This document shows, piece by piece, positions 38,288 to 48,139 of a stretch of DNA of 64,000 nucleotides. Numbering within the stretch: the first letter of the stretch is position 1; the number at the start of each line of letters is the position of its first letter. The stretch lies in assembly GCA_963716395.1 (NCBI GenBank), contig OY970309.1:2048001-2112000 (forward strand). Direction: 5' to 3'. Under the pieces are notes generated by a model. It worked only from the letters and a program-made list of their open reading frames with translations, had not been told where the DNA came from and did no database searches. The position numbers and the translations under genes are program-made. Origin of the DNA: an uncultured Fibrobacteria bacterium. Lineage in GTDB: Bacteria; Fibrobacterota; Fibrobacteria; UBA11236.

Positions 38288-40174
38288 CTCCTGACGTCCC
38301 TTTTCCTGCCCGGCATGGTCTTGGCCATGGACGACATCCCGTTATACCTGGATGCCGGATGCACCAATAAATCCATCCCGGGCAGCTTCGCCCAGGGCCC
38401 CGCGGACATGCATCTGCCCACCGGAACCAATGGCGGGGGTGAAATCCCCATCAACTGCACCGAGCAACTCACCGGCACCGACGCCATGGAGATCAAGCTG
38501 GATCGGGCCCTGACCAACGGCGAATATTGGGACTTTCAGGTCAAGACGCCGGTCGATCGATACTTTCTCACCCAGGGGTACGTGGACATCCGCTTTTGGG
38601 TGAAGAACAAACTTTCCACTCCCGCGACGTTTAAGCTGACTGGTCAGACCGCGAACTACAGCCCGGGCAATTCCTTCGATACCGTCGTCGCGGGCGGTGG
38701 CACCTGGCAGCAGTTCGTGATTCCGCTGTCCCGGATCACGGATACGGCCTTGAACGCGCTGCAGTTCAGCCAGCCCACGACACTCTCTCCCAATCCCATC
38801 GACCTGCTCGTCGATTCCATCACCATCACCGACGGCACGGAGAACGGGAGCCTGAACATCCCCGCGGCGGTTCATCCGCCGCGCCCGTCCGACTGGGGAG
38901 CCGACTTTTTGATTGGGAGTTTCGACAACCGTCCCCTCAACACCAGCAGCAAGGCCTATCAGGCGGGAATCTATCGCTACCAGTACGTCATGCCCGACAT
39001 CATGACCCAGTACAGTCCTTCCGGCCAGGGATACATCTACGACTACGTCAAGGAGTCGGACACGATGGGCGTGAAGACGGCGATCGTCTTCTACAACCTG
39101 GGAAAGAGCGGCGAAGGATATTCCGCCGTCACCGCGAACCTCGCCAGCGCCGCGTATATGAGTGACTACGTGTCGCGCTACGAGTACGTCCTGAGCCAAC
39201 TGGTCCTGGCGGGGTCGAAAGACTACATCCTGGTGCTGGAGCCCGACATGTACGGATTCCTGATGACCGGACCCAACGGCGTGAATTTCCCACCCATCGA
39301 GGATCCCGCCAAGATCGTCGTCAACATGGACGCGGCCTCCGCCGCCGCCGGCGTCACCTACCCGCCGAACCTCGTGGGGTGGGCCACCTACATGGTGCAG
39401 CGCGCCAAGACGGTCCTGAAGAACAACGGCGTGATCATCGGACACATGCCCAATCACTGGGGCGTGAACATTCCCGGACAGGTGGGGAATGGCCGCAAGG
39501 AGGCCCACATCATCAGCGGCCAGACCATCGCCCGCTTCCTCAACCGCCTGGGACCGCAGGGAATCGGCGACGTCGTGTTCGTGGAGAAGACCGACAATGA
39601 CGCCTCCAACAAGACCAGCGCGAACTGGATGTGGGATTCCACGGGGTACGCGAAGTATCTGCTCTGGACGCGCTGCATCGCCAACGGCACGCACCTTCCC
39701 ATCGTGGGTTGGCAGATCTCCGAGGCCCATTCGACGGATCCCGACACCAACACCCGCGACAATGCCGTGGAATCGCTGTTGGCCAATCCGGGCGAATGGG
39801 TGGACGGCGGATTCGCCGGCATTCTGTACGGGCCGGGCAATCCCGGCAACGCCAACTACGGGACCATTACCGACGGGAATTGGTTCGTCGACCACATGGC
39901 AACGTTCTCGTATCCGCTTCCCACCGCCGGCCTGCGCGCGATCCCCGCCTTCGCGGCCGGTGGCATCCATGCCTTTCTCGATCCGGACGGATTCCGCCTG
40001 GAAGGCTGGTCGGGACGCACCCCGGTGCGCATCTGGAATGTCGTTGGCACCCTCCTCTATGTGCGCCCGCTCTTCTCCGGCGACCGCATCCGCCTCACCC
40101 AGGCGCATGGCCTTCTGTTTTGGGCCGTGGGCGACCGTGCCCAAGTCGGCACCGGCCGAATTTTCATCCCCTAG
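38258..40174 (+). CDS. Secreted protein: CBM-like module plus putative glycoside-hydrolase barrel
   Basis: Signal peptide; IRFWVK..WQQFVIPLS..LLVDSI CBM-like segment; YRYQYV, LVLEPDMYG and LPIVGWQI. Confidence 0.65.
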   Translation: MGTKLRFAYALLTSLFLPGMVLAMDDIPLYLDAGCTNKSIPGSFAQGPADMHLPTGTNGGGEIPINCTEQLTGTDAMEIKLDRALTNGEYWDFQVKTPVDRYFLTQGYVDIRFWVKNKLSTPATFKLTGQTANYSPGNSFDTVVAGGGTWQQFVIPLSRITDTALNALQFSQPTTLSPNPIDLLVDSITITDGTENGSLNIPAAVHPPRPSDWGADFLIGSFDNRPLNTSSKAYQAGIYRYQYVMPDIMTQYSPSGQGYIYDYVKESDTMGVKTAIVFYNLGKSGEGYSAVTANLASAAYMSDYVSRYEYVLSQLVLAGSKDYILVLEPDMYGFLMTGPNGVNFPPIEDPAKIVVNMDAASAAAGVTYPPNLVGWATYMVQRAKTVLKNNGVIIGHMPNHWGVNIPGQVGNGRKEAHIISGQTIARFLNRLGPQGIGDVVFVEKTDNDASNKTSANWMWDSTGYAKYLLWTRCIANGTHLPIVGWQISEAHSTDPDTNTRDNAVESLLANPGEWVDGGFAGILYGPGNPGNANYGTITDGNWFVDHMATFSYPLPTAGLRAIPAFAAGGIHAFLDPDGFRLEGWSGRTPVRIWNVVGTLLYVRPLFSGDRIRLTQAHGLLFWAVGDRAQVGTGRIFIP

Positions 40175-40243
40175 GCGGGATTTACGGGGCCGCGGTATTT
40201 AACCCGGGTTTACGCGCAGCCCGGAATCGATCTAAATTTAAGC

Positions 40244-41758
40244 ATGGCTAAAATTTTATCCGACGTTTCCCGCACCTTCGCCGAATATCTCATCCTGCCG
40301 GGCTTGACCCGCAAGGAACATCTGCCCCGCAACGTTTCGTTGGCCGCGCCCATGGGCGCTTTTGCCCGCGGTGATTCCAGCCGCTTTCACCTCAATGTGC
40401 CCGTGGTGTCGGCCAGCATGCAGTCGGTGTCGGGCCCGGAAATGGCCATTGCGCTGGCCCGTCAAGGCGGCTTGGCTTTCGTGTACTGTTCGCAGCCGAT
40501 TGAAAGCCAGGCGGGCATGATCGCCCGCGCCAAGGCCCACAAGGCGGGCTTTGTGCGCAGCGATTCCAACGTCAAGGCCACCGCCACCTTGGCGGAATTG
40601 CTGGCGGTGCAGCGCCGCACCGGCCATTCCACCGCGGCGGTGACGGCCGACGGCACCAACACGGGAAAATTTTTGGGCATCATCACCGACAAGGATTTCT
40701 GGGAGTTCGAAGACGACTTGAACAGCCCCGTCGCCGGCTACATGACCCCGGTGGAAAAGGTGATCCACGGCCGCGTGGGCATCACCCTGGCCGAGGCCAA
40801 CCGGCTCTTGCACAAACACAAGAAGGAATGCCTGCCGGTGCTGGAAGCCGACGGCCGGCTCAACTCCTTTGTCTTCAAAAAAGATTACGTCGATCACATG
40901 AATAATCCCCGCGAGGTACTCGATCCGGGCAAGCGGCTGGCCGTGGGCGCGGGCATCAACACCCACGACTACGCCGAGCGCGTGCCGGCGCTGGTCGAGG
41001 CCGGTGCCGACGTGCTGGCCTTCGATTCTTCCGACGGATACTCCGAATTCCAACAGGAGGCGGCGCGCTGGGTGCGGGCCCGCTACGGCGACCGCGTGGT
41101 GCTGGGCGGCGGTAACGTGGTTTCGGGCGAAGCCTTCCGGTACTTGGCCGAAGAGGCGGCGGTCGACTTCGTCAAGGTCGGCATCGGGGGCGGCTCGATT
41201 TGCATCACGCGCGAACAGAAGGGCATCGGCCGCGGCCAAGCCTCGGCGCTGATGGACGTGGTGCGTGAACGCGACGCGTTTTTCGCAAAGACCGGGCGCT
41301 ATATTCCCGTTTGCTCCGACGGCGGCCTGGCCAACGACACCCAGATCATTCTGGCCCTGGCCATGGGCGCCGACTTCGTGATGATGGGGCGGTATTTCGC
41401 CATGACTTCGGAAAGCCCGACCCCCAAGGTTTCCATCAAGGGCCGCATGTACAAACCCTATTGGGGCGAAGGCTCCAACCGCGCGCGCAACTGGCAGCGC
41501 TATTCCGACGAAGCCGCGGTCGACCGCCTCAAGTTCGAAGAAGGCGTCGAAGGCTATGTTCCCGTAGTGGGAACGGTACCCGAAGTGCTAGGAGTCACGC
41601 TGGCGAAACTGCGCGCCACCATGTGCAACGTGGGCGCCCGGGACCTGCGCGAGTTCACGCACAAGGCCGAACTCACCATGGTGTCGGAGCAAAGCTTCAT
41701 CGAAGGCGGCACGTCCAACATCATCCAGTCCGACAACGCCTTCGGCGACGACAAATAG
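40244..41758 (+). CDS. guaB: IMP dehydrogenase
   Basis: SRTFAEYLILPG, VSASMQSVS, VKVGIGGGSICITREQKGIGRGQA, CSDGG and YWGEGSNRARNWQRY motifs. Confidence 0.97.
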   Translation: MAKILSDVSRTFAEYLILPGLTRKEHLPRNVSLAAPMGAFARGDSSRFHLNVPVVSASMQSVSGPEMAIALARQGGLAFVYCSQPIESQAGMIARAKAHKAGFVRSDSNVKATATLAELLAVQRRTGHSTAAVTADGTNTGKFLGIITDKDFWEFEDDLNSPVAGYMTPVEKVIHGRVGITLAEANRLLHKHKKECLPVLEADGRLNSFVFKKDYVDHMNNPREVLDPGKRLAVGAGINTHDYAERVPALVEAGADVLAFDSSDGYSEFQQEAARWVRARYGDRVVLGGGNVVSGEAFRYLAEEAAVDFVKVGIGGGSICITREQKGIGRGQASALMDVVRERDAFFAKTGRYIPVCSDGGLANDTQIILALAMGADFVMMGRYFAMTSESPTPKVSIKGRMYKPYWGEGSNRARNWQRYSDEAAVDRLKFEEGVEGYVPVVGTVPEVLGVTLAKLRATMCNVGARDLREFTHKAELTMVSEQSFIEGGTSNIIQSDNAFGDDK

Positions 41759-41867
41759 ACGGGTTCGGAAAACCGGGTTTAAAGTCTGAAGCGGACCTGC
41801 TGCGACGGCGAACTCGTCCGTGCCGCCCAAAAGGAAGGCCTACCCGTTTTCGGGAAAGGCTGAACCC

Positions 41868-42236
41868 CTACGGCGCAACCGTCACCGTGAAGGTGTAGGC
41901 CGGCGAAATCAAATTGCTGGCGTTGTCATAGGCCGTCACCGTGGCGGTTCCCGGGTTTACACCGATGATTTGCCGGGAATGGTAAATCCTGGCCACCGTG
42001 GTGTCGCCGCTGGTGAGGTAAAAATCGGTGTAGGCGTTGTTGGTTTGCAGCCGGCCGGTGAAATCGCGCGATTTGAGGACGGCCACGGCCGCCGTCGACG
42101 TGTCGCCGGACGCGAGGCTCAGGGAAAAGGAGCCCGCCAAGTTCAGCGATTCGCCGGAGCCGCTGCTGCCGCAGGCGGCTAGGCCGAAAAGCAACGGGAT
42201 GAAGAACAGGGCGTAACAGGAACGAATTCGAACCAT
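41868..42236 (-). CDS. Small lipoprotein with an Ig-like domain
   Basis: Lipobox LAAC; SGDTTVA...GVNPGTATVTA. Confidence 0.7.
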   Translation of the reverse strand: MVRIRSCYALFFIPLLFGLAACGSSGSGESLNLAGSFSLSLASGDTSTAAVAVLKSRDFTGRLQTNNAYTDFYLTSGDTTVARIYHSRQIIGVNPGTATVTAYDNASNLISPAYTFTVTVAP

Positions 42237-42260
42237 GGGCAAGCCCTCCTTGTTTTGCGG

Positions 42261-42944
42261 TTAAAACCGGCGCAGGGCCACGGGCCGGTCCAGGATTTCT
42301 TTGAGCATGACGGCTTCGCGCAGGCTGCGCAGATCGCGCAGGCCCGCGCAGAAACGCCTGGGATCGGGGGCGGGCGCACGGGCTGTCCCGATGGCCACGG
42401 CCGCGGCGGCAGGCGCTGCGGTTCCCGACGTCGGCACCGGCAACAGGCGTGTCACCGGTGTCAACGGTACCAAAGGAGTTACGGCTGGCACCGCCAGCCC
42501 CGCCGGCCGGGGAGCGGGTGTGGGCGCTTCCTCACGGCGGGCCGCCCGGGTCACGAGCTCCGGAATAGGCTTTGGTTGCGGACGCGAGGGCGCTGACGGC
42601 GCGGGGAGGCGCATGCCGGGAGCCGGCGGCGCGGGTGGAATTTTCAATCCCAGTTCCCGCGCCAATTGATCGAGCAGGTCTTTTCCCAGCGTGGCGGGCG
42701 GTTCGGTTCTTTGGGAAGCCTTCGGCGCGGTGGCGGCGGCCGTCACCCCCTCGCGCGACTCCCAGTCGAGCGTGCGGCCTTCGCGGTCTGCGCGGTCTGC
42801 GGAGGTCGCCTCCGCGGGGGAAGTCTCCGGTTCTCCGGAACGCGGGGGCGCCGGTTGATCCGCGGCTTTGCGGCGGCGCCGTTTCAAGGCGGCCGCGGCC
42901 ACGTTGAGCACGATGAGCAGCAGAACGAGGGTGTCGATGCGCAT
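42261..42944 (-). CDS. Pro/Ala-rich membrane-anchored protein (YqfB-like position)
   Basis: N-terminal TM segment; C-terminal SLREAVMLKEILDRPVALR; follows floA. Confidence 0.7.
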   Translation of the reverse strand: MRIDTLVLLLIVLNVAAAALKRRRRKAADQPAPPRSGEPETSPAEATSADRADREGRTLDWESREGVTAAATAPKASQRTEPPATLGKDLLDQLARELGLKIPPAPPAPGMRLPAPSAPSRPQPKPIPELVTRAARREEAPTPAPRPAGLAVPAVTPLVPLTPVTRLLPVPTSGTAAPAAAAVAIGTARAPAPDPRRFCAGLRDLRSLREAVMLKEILDRPVALRRF

Positions 42945-42956
42945 GCGCCGCCCCGC

Positions 42957-43941
42957 TTAAGCCTTGGGGGGTGCGTCGCCGCCGGCGATGCGTTCGCGCA
43001 TGGAGGTGTCGGCCATGATGTTCTTCATTTTGTAGTAATCCATGACTCCAAGGTTGCCGGTGCGAAACGCCTTCGGCATGGCCAGCGGAATCTGCGCTTC
43101 GGCCTCGACCACCTTGGCGCGCATTTCCTGGCCATGCGCGCGATCATTTCCTGCTCCGCGGCGATGGCCATGGCGCGGCGCTCCTCGGCCTTGGCCTGGG
43201 CGATTTTCTTGTCGGCCTCGGCGCGGTCGGTTTCCAGCTCCGCGCCGATGTTCTTTCCCACGTCCACGTCGGCGATGTCGATGGACAGAATCTCAAAGGC
43301 CGTGCCCGCGTCCAAGCCCTTTGTCCAGCACGGTTTTGGAAATGGTGTCGGGATTTTCCAGAACCTCCTTGTGGGTACTCGGCCGAGCCGATGGTGGACA
43401 CGATGCCTTCGCCCACGCGCGCCAGAATGGTTTCCTCGCCGGCGCCGCCCACCAGCCGGTCGATGTTGGTGCGCACCGTGACGCGCGCCATGGCCTTGAG
43501 CTGGATGCCGTCCTTGCGCCACGCCCGCCACCAGCGGGGTCTCGATGACCTTGGGGTTCACCGACATCTGCACGGCCTCAAGCACGTTGCGTCCGGCCAG
43601 GTCGATGGCGGCCGCCCGCTTGAAGTTCAGGGGGATGTTGGCCTTGTCGGCCGCGATCAGCGCCTGCACCACGCGCTGCACGTTGCCCCGGCCAGGAAGT
43701 GGGCTTCGAGGGCATCGGTCGAAAGGTCAAGGCCCGCCTTGACGGCCATGATTTTGGCCTCGACGATGACGCGCGCCGGCACCTTGCGGAAGCGCATGCC
43801 GATCAGTTGCGCGAACGACACATTGGCCTTCGACATCAGGGCCTGGAACCACAGTTTGAAGAAGTTGTACAGGAAAAATAACACTACAATAATTACGATG
43901 ATCACAATCACGCCGAAAATCAGAGTCCAATCGAAATTCAT
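42957..43941 (-). CDS. floA: Flotillin-like protein FloA (YqfA); several indels
   Basis: [81 protein letters not shown] and [12 protein letters not shown] spread across frames. Confidence 0.9.
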
Positions 43942-43957
43942 GGGAGTTCCTTTGGGG

Positions 43958-44428
43958 TTAGAGTTTTTCCACCTGAAAACGGCTGCCGGCCACGGCCGTC
44001 ACCTTGACCCGTGCGCCTTTGGCGACGAAATCGCCCGCCGCCTGGGCCTCGAATACCTCGTCGCCCACGCGGATTTTTCCCGTGGGGCGCAACGGGGCCT
44101 CGACCACCGCGGTTTGCCCCACCAACGGGTGTAGGCGTTGGTCTTCGCCTTCGAGCCCCGAGCCTGCGCCCAGATCGAAGCCGTGCGAGATGCTGGATTT
44201 CTGCAGAATGCCGAAGGCAATTTTGACGCCTACCGGCAGCAGGATCAGGTCGGCCAGCCCGAACCCGTAGGCCGCGGCAGGCGGCAGATGCGCCACGACG
44301 TAATACCAGGAATACAACATCAAGGCGGCGCATACGGCCGTGAGGATTCCGTAGGAAACCACCATGGCTTCGGCGATGCCCACCCCGAAGGCGAGGGCTT
44401 GCAGCAGAATGGGCCACAGGTATCTCAC
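43958..44428 (-). CDS. Short NfeD-family protein
   Basis: GTG start overlapping the upstream stop; TM helices plus an OB-fold (LRPTGKI...GDFVAKGARVKV). Confidence 0.8.
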   Translation of the reverse strand: MRYLWPILLQALAFGVGIAEAMVVSYGILTAVCAALMLYSWYYVVAHLPPAAAYGFGLADLILLPVGVKIAFGILQKSSISHGFDLGAGSGLEGEDQRLHPLVGQTAVVEAPLRPTGKIRVGDEVFEAQAAGDFVAKGARVKVTAVAGSRFQVEKL

Positions 44429-45906
44429 GCAGGTTGGTCCTCCACGGGGCGTACCACGAGGTTGAGGCCCTGCACCCGGCACACTTCCACCACTGAGCCG
44501 GGGGGAATGAACTCGCCGCGCGAGGTAACTTCCAGGGTAAGTCCGTCGAACACGGCCTTGCCCGCGGGCCGCAGCGTGGTTTTCACCGTGCCGCGCGCGC
44601 CCAGGGTCGGAAGGGCGGATTCCGGGGCGGCGTGCGCGCCCGCCAGGGTGGTGTCGGGAATAATGCGCACCCGACCGGAAAGATGCGGCAGGACGAAGCG
44701 CAGCATGCCCACGGGAATGAGAAAGGCCAGGGCCGCCATGCCCAATGTCAACACCACGTTGTGCAGCATTTCGCGCAATTGCCAGGGCATCCGGGGATTG
44801 GGCACGGTGAACGATTGGAACGACAAGGTGAGGGCCACCATCATCAGGGCCAAGCCCACGGTTCCGGCGATTAAGGTGCCGGGAAACAGATAGATCTCGA
44901 CCAGGAACAGCACCACGCCTGCCAGCAGCAGCAACAACTCGGTGTGGTTTGCCAGGCCCACGGCATATTTGGATCCGAACGCCACCGCCAGGCAGGTGAT
45001 GCCGATGACAGCGAAGATGGTGTGCCCGGGCGCCTTGAACTCGAGGTACAGTGCGCCGAAGCCGATCAGCATGAGCAGGGGAGTGAACCGGCCCAGCACG
45101 CGCGCCAGATCTTCGGACCAGGTGGTGGACATGACTTCGGTTTCGCGCCAACCTTTGTGGCGAAGAAAAGCCGCGAGGTCGGGAAAGGATCCCTGCGAGA
45201 ACCCGTAGTGCTGGGCCTCTTCGTCGGTGAGGGTCAACAGTTGCCCGTCGGGAACGATGATCTTGTGATCGGAGTAGGCTTTCTTATCGACCGCGCTCAG
45301 CGCGTTCCATTGTTTGGCGGTGAAAAAACGCGGGGGGCCTTTGGCCTTGGGAAAGGCTTCGACCGCGCCGTCGGCCGTGACCATGGCCTGGCTCAGCACG
45401 TTGGGGTAGCCGTTGCGTTCGGCCAGGTTACGGAACTTGGCGCGCAGCGGCGACTGGATTTTCTCGCCCAGCATGATGATGCCGCTTTGCCCGCCCTGCA
45501 TGATGGGCGCGCAGTCGCCGATGGTGGTTCCCTGGGCCATGGCCATGCGGTTGCACGACAGCGAGATCAGCGCGCCGGCCGAAATGGCCTTTTTGTCGAC
45601 GAACACATAGGTACTGCAAGGCTTGACCGACAGCAGCAAATCCACGATGTCGAAGGCGGCCTGCAATTCGCCGCCGTAGGTGTCGACCTTGTACACCAGA
45701 TAGTCGGGATGGGTTTGCAGCGCCTGCGCCGTGGCGCGCTTGAGGAAGGCGTACATGCCTTCGTCCACTTCGTTTTGTACGGGAATGACGACCACCCGTT
45801 TCTCCGCCCGGGGTGCGGGCAAGGAGGTATCGGCGGCCGCGGTCCGGATCGGCGCAAGGGCCCATCCCGCCAGGATAAGGCCATAGCAACATGTGTGCAA
45901 TCGCAT
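44425..45906 (-). CDS. NfeD1b/YqeZ membrane-bound ClpP-class protease-domain protein
   Basis: VDTYGG, AISAGALISL, TIGDCAP, LLTLTDEEA, EFKAPG and LRPAGKA motifs. Confidence 0.88.
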   Translation of the reverse strand: MRLHTCCYGLILAGWALAPIRTAAADTSLPAPRAEKRVVVIPVQNEVDEGMYAFLKRATAQALQTHPDYLVYKVDTYGGELQAAFDIVDLLLSVKPCSTYVFVDKKAISAGALISLSCNRMAMAQGTTIGDCAPIMQGGQSGIIMLGEKIQSPLRAKFRNLAERNGYPNVLSQAMVTADGAVEAFPKAKGPPRFFTAKQWNALSAVDKKAYSDHKIIVPDGQLLTLTDEEAQHYGFSQGSFPDLAAFLRHKGWRETEVMSTTWSEDLARVLGRFTPLLMLIGFGALYLEFKAPGHTIFAVIGITCLAVAFGSKYAVGLANHTELLLLLAGVVLFLVEIYLFPGTLIAGTVGLALMMVALTLSFQSFTVPNPRMPWQLREMLHNVVLTLGMAALAFLIPVGMLRFVLPHLSGRVRIIPDTTLAGAHAAPESALPTLGARGTVKTTLRPAGKAVFDGLTLEVTSRGEFIPPGSVVEVCRVQGLNLVVRPVEDQPA

Positions 45907-46043
45907 GGCGGATTTAAGATAGAACTTGTTGATTTTGCCTTTACCGCCGGAGCTGGTTTATTCGAATGGGCAAGGAATCGGTAGCGTCGCTTCCCGCGGG
46001 AAGCGACGAAGGATTGCGCCTAGCGCATTTTGCGCGACGGGTT

Positions 46044-46511
46044 TTAAACGCGCATCGCGTCCACCGAAGGCGGATCGGCATTGGTTTTATCGGCGCGGGA
46101 GTAATTCTGATCCTGGCGTGCATGGTTGACGGCGTTTTTCTGCACATAGACCTGAAAGACCTCGTCGGCCGACAAGCCGGCCGTGAGCGCCAAAGAAATC
46201 CAGAAATGCAATTGATCCACGATTTCGACGCGGATATTCTGCAGATCGAGATGGTCCTTCGACCACCACTTCCACAGCAGTTCTTCGCGCAATTCGCGCG
46301 ACTCGTCGTCGAGTGCCGTCAGAAATTTGCCCAGCCAGGCGTTGACGTCGGTGTTGGGTCCCAACGGGACGGCCGAGCGCGCTTCGGCGCGCAGGGCTTG
46401 CATGCTCAGGGTATTTCCGTCGCGGCCGCGCAGGTCTTGTTTGGCGAAGATGCGGTCGTTGAGTTCGGTTTGCAGGGCGAACAATTGATCGAGTTTGTCG
46501 GCGGGGTTCAT
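46044..46511 (-). CDS. Dimeric all-alpha dUTPase
   Basis: ESRELREELLWKWWSK, NIRVEIVDQLHFWIS and KNAVNHARQD motifs. Confidence 0.88.
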   Translation of the reverse strand: MNPADKLDQLFALQTELNDRIFAKQDLRGRDGNTLSMQALRAEARSAVPLGPNTDVNAWLGKFLTALDDESRELREELLWKWWSKDHLDLQNIRVEIVDQLHFWISLALTAGLSADEVFQVYVQKNAVNHARQDQNYSRADKTNADPPSVDAMRV

Positions 46512-46554
46512 GCCGACAAAGGTATTAGAAGCGCAGGCCGCAGCGGGGGCGCCT

Positions 46555-47994
46555 TCACGGATTCCAACTCACTTTTCCCCCTTCGGCGGGATTCGCCAGA
46601 ATTTGGCGGGCGCGCGGGGCGAATTGTTGTGCGAGCGCTTGCGCGATTTCAGACGCGCTGCGCGTTTTCGGGCCGAGACAGAGTTGGCGGTAGGCCTCGT
46701 CGTAGAGATCGGCCAAATCGAAAAACCCGGGGCGTCCCAATCCCGTGGTGTATCCGTTGGCCAAGAGTTGCGCGGCCGCGGCCTGAAAAGCCGCTTCGGT
46801 CCAATCGTTGCCGTACAGCAGGCTCAGGTCGGCGAGCAAGTCTTTGCGCGCGGGCATGAGCCCGAAGCCGGCGCTTTCTTCGATTTGGAGTTTGGCTGCG
46901 TCCAGAAAGCCGGCCAGTTTCACGGCCAAAGCCGGAGCCCGCGCGCGCGCCGGCACCGCGAACCACCAGACGCGCGTGAAGGCCGCATCGGTTTTTTCGG
47001 CGGCCAACCCGGCGGCGTCGAGGTCGAGAGCGGCGCCGCGCGGCAAGGTGCAGACGCCGACATCCTCGGGATCGGGCGCGGCCGCGGGGTACTGCACGGT
47101 TTCGTCGCCGTGGATGCGCCACGCCAGGCGCGGGTAAACTTCGGCCAAAAAAACCTCGCCGTTTTGAAACAGGGTCAAGAGCGGCAAATCCGCGCCGTCG
47201 CCCGTAGCTGCAGGGTGGCAAAGGCCCTGTTGTGCGAAGGCCGCCTGCCATTGGAAGAGTTGCTGCACCGCCGGGCCGCGCATGCGCGCGAGGTCCGCCG
47301 TATCGGCGCCCAAGCGCGCGCCGCGATCCCACAGCGAGAGCGCCCGGGCGTCGGCATTGCCGCCGTCGTCGCAGACCAGGCGGCCGTGCGTGGCGCCCCG
47401 CGACTCATGGGTTTTCCAAAACCAGCCGGCCACGAACACGTCGTAAAAATCCCATTGCGCGGGATTGTCCTCCAGGCGGTAATTGAGGGGCAGGCCGCGG
47501 CCGTTATAGCGGCGCAGGACCGAATCGATTTCCGATCGCTGCGCGGCCCAATGCTCGGCGGCTTCGCGCACCTGGCGGCGGGAATACACCAGCAGCTTGG
47601 TCTCCAAAAACCGCGGCAGCAAATAGTGTTGCGATCCCGGCCACGTCTCGGTGAAGAAGAAATTGCGCCGCCATGCTTGCCGGCCGGCGCTGTCGATCCA
47701 CGGGTCGAGGTCGGCCAATTCTCCGTTGCGAATGAGGGTGGGCGCGGCTTCATCCGGGATTTCCGCCAGATCGGGGAGGCTGTCGCCGGCCGCCAGGCGC
47801 GCCCCCAAGCTCGCCGCATCGCTGTAAGCAGTGATGCGGATCACGCAGTTGTTTTTCGCTTCGAAGGGTTTGAGGTGCTCCCGCAGAAAGTTGCGCTCGG
47901 GTTCCGAAGCGCGGGTCAAAAGATTCAAAGTGGCCGGCGGAGCGCAGGCCAGGAAGGGCAACGCGAGGAAACCGGAAACCAGTTTTCGGCGCAT
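46555..47994 (-). CDS. Extracellular solute-binding lipoprotein
   Basis: Lipobox FLAC; FE.KNNCVIRI, PDLAEI, LADLDPW, YLLPRFLET and WWFAVP. Confidence 0.7.
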   Translation of the reverse strand: MRRKLVSGFLALPFLACAPPATLNLLTRASEPERNFLREHLKPFEAKNNCVIRITAYSDAASLGARLAAGDSLPDLAEIPDEAAPTLIRNGELADLDPWIDSAGRQAWRRNFFFTETWPGSQHYLLPRFLETKLLVYSRRQVREAAEHWAAQRSEIDSVLRRYNGRGLPLNYRLEDNPAQWDFYDVFVAGWFWKTHESRGATHGRLVCDDGGNADARALSLWDRGARLGADTADLARMRGPAVQQLFQWQAAFAQQGLCHPAATGDGADLPLLTLFQNGEVFLAEVYPRLAWRIHGDETVQYPAAAPDPEDVGVCTLPRGAALDLDAAGLAAEKTDAAFTRVWWFAVPARARAPALAVKLAGFLDAAKLQIEESAGFGLMPARKDLLADLSLLYGNDWTEAAFQAAAAQLLANGYTTGLGRPGFFDLADLYDEAYRQLCLGPKTRSASEIAQALAQQFAPRARQILANPAEGGKVSWNP

Positions 47995-48139
47995 CCAAGT
48001 CTTTCTGTTTGGGAAGCGAGAACGCCGGTGCCCACGGGATGCCGGCGGGCGTCCTCTCCGTGCCCTGGAATCCCCTTTTAATTGTACTGCGAGTGCGGGG
48101 GCGGGCGCGATGCAATTATCGCGACCGAGGCGATGCGCC

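Noticed and set aside
42957-43941. Programmed frameshifting or true pseudogenisation of floA and other frameshifted genes
   Set aside because: Several scattered single-base indels in otherwise well-conserved coding sequence point to sequencing error; this cannot be resolved without reads.
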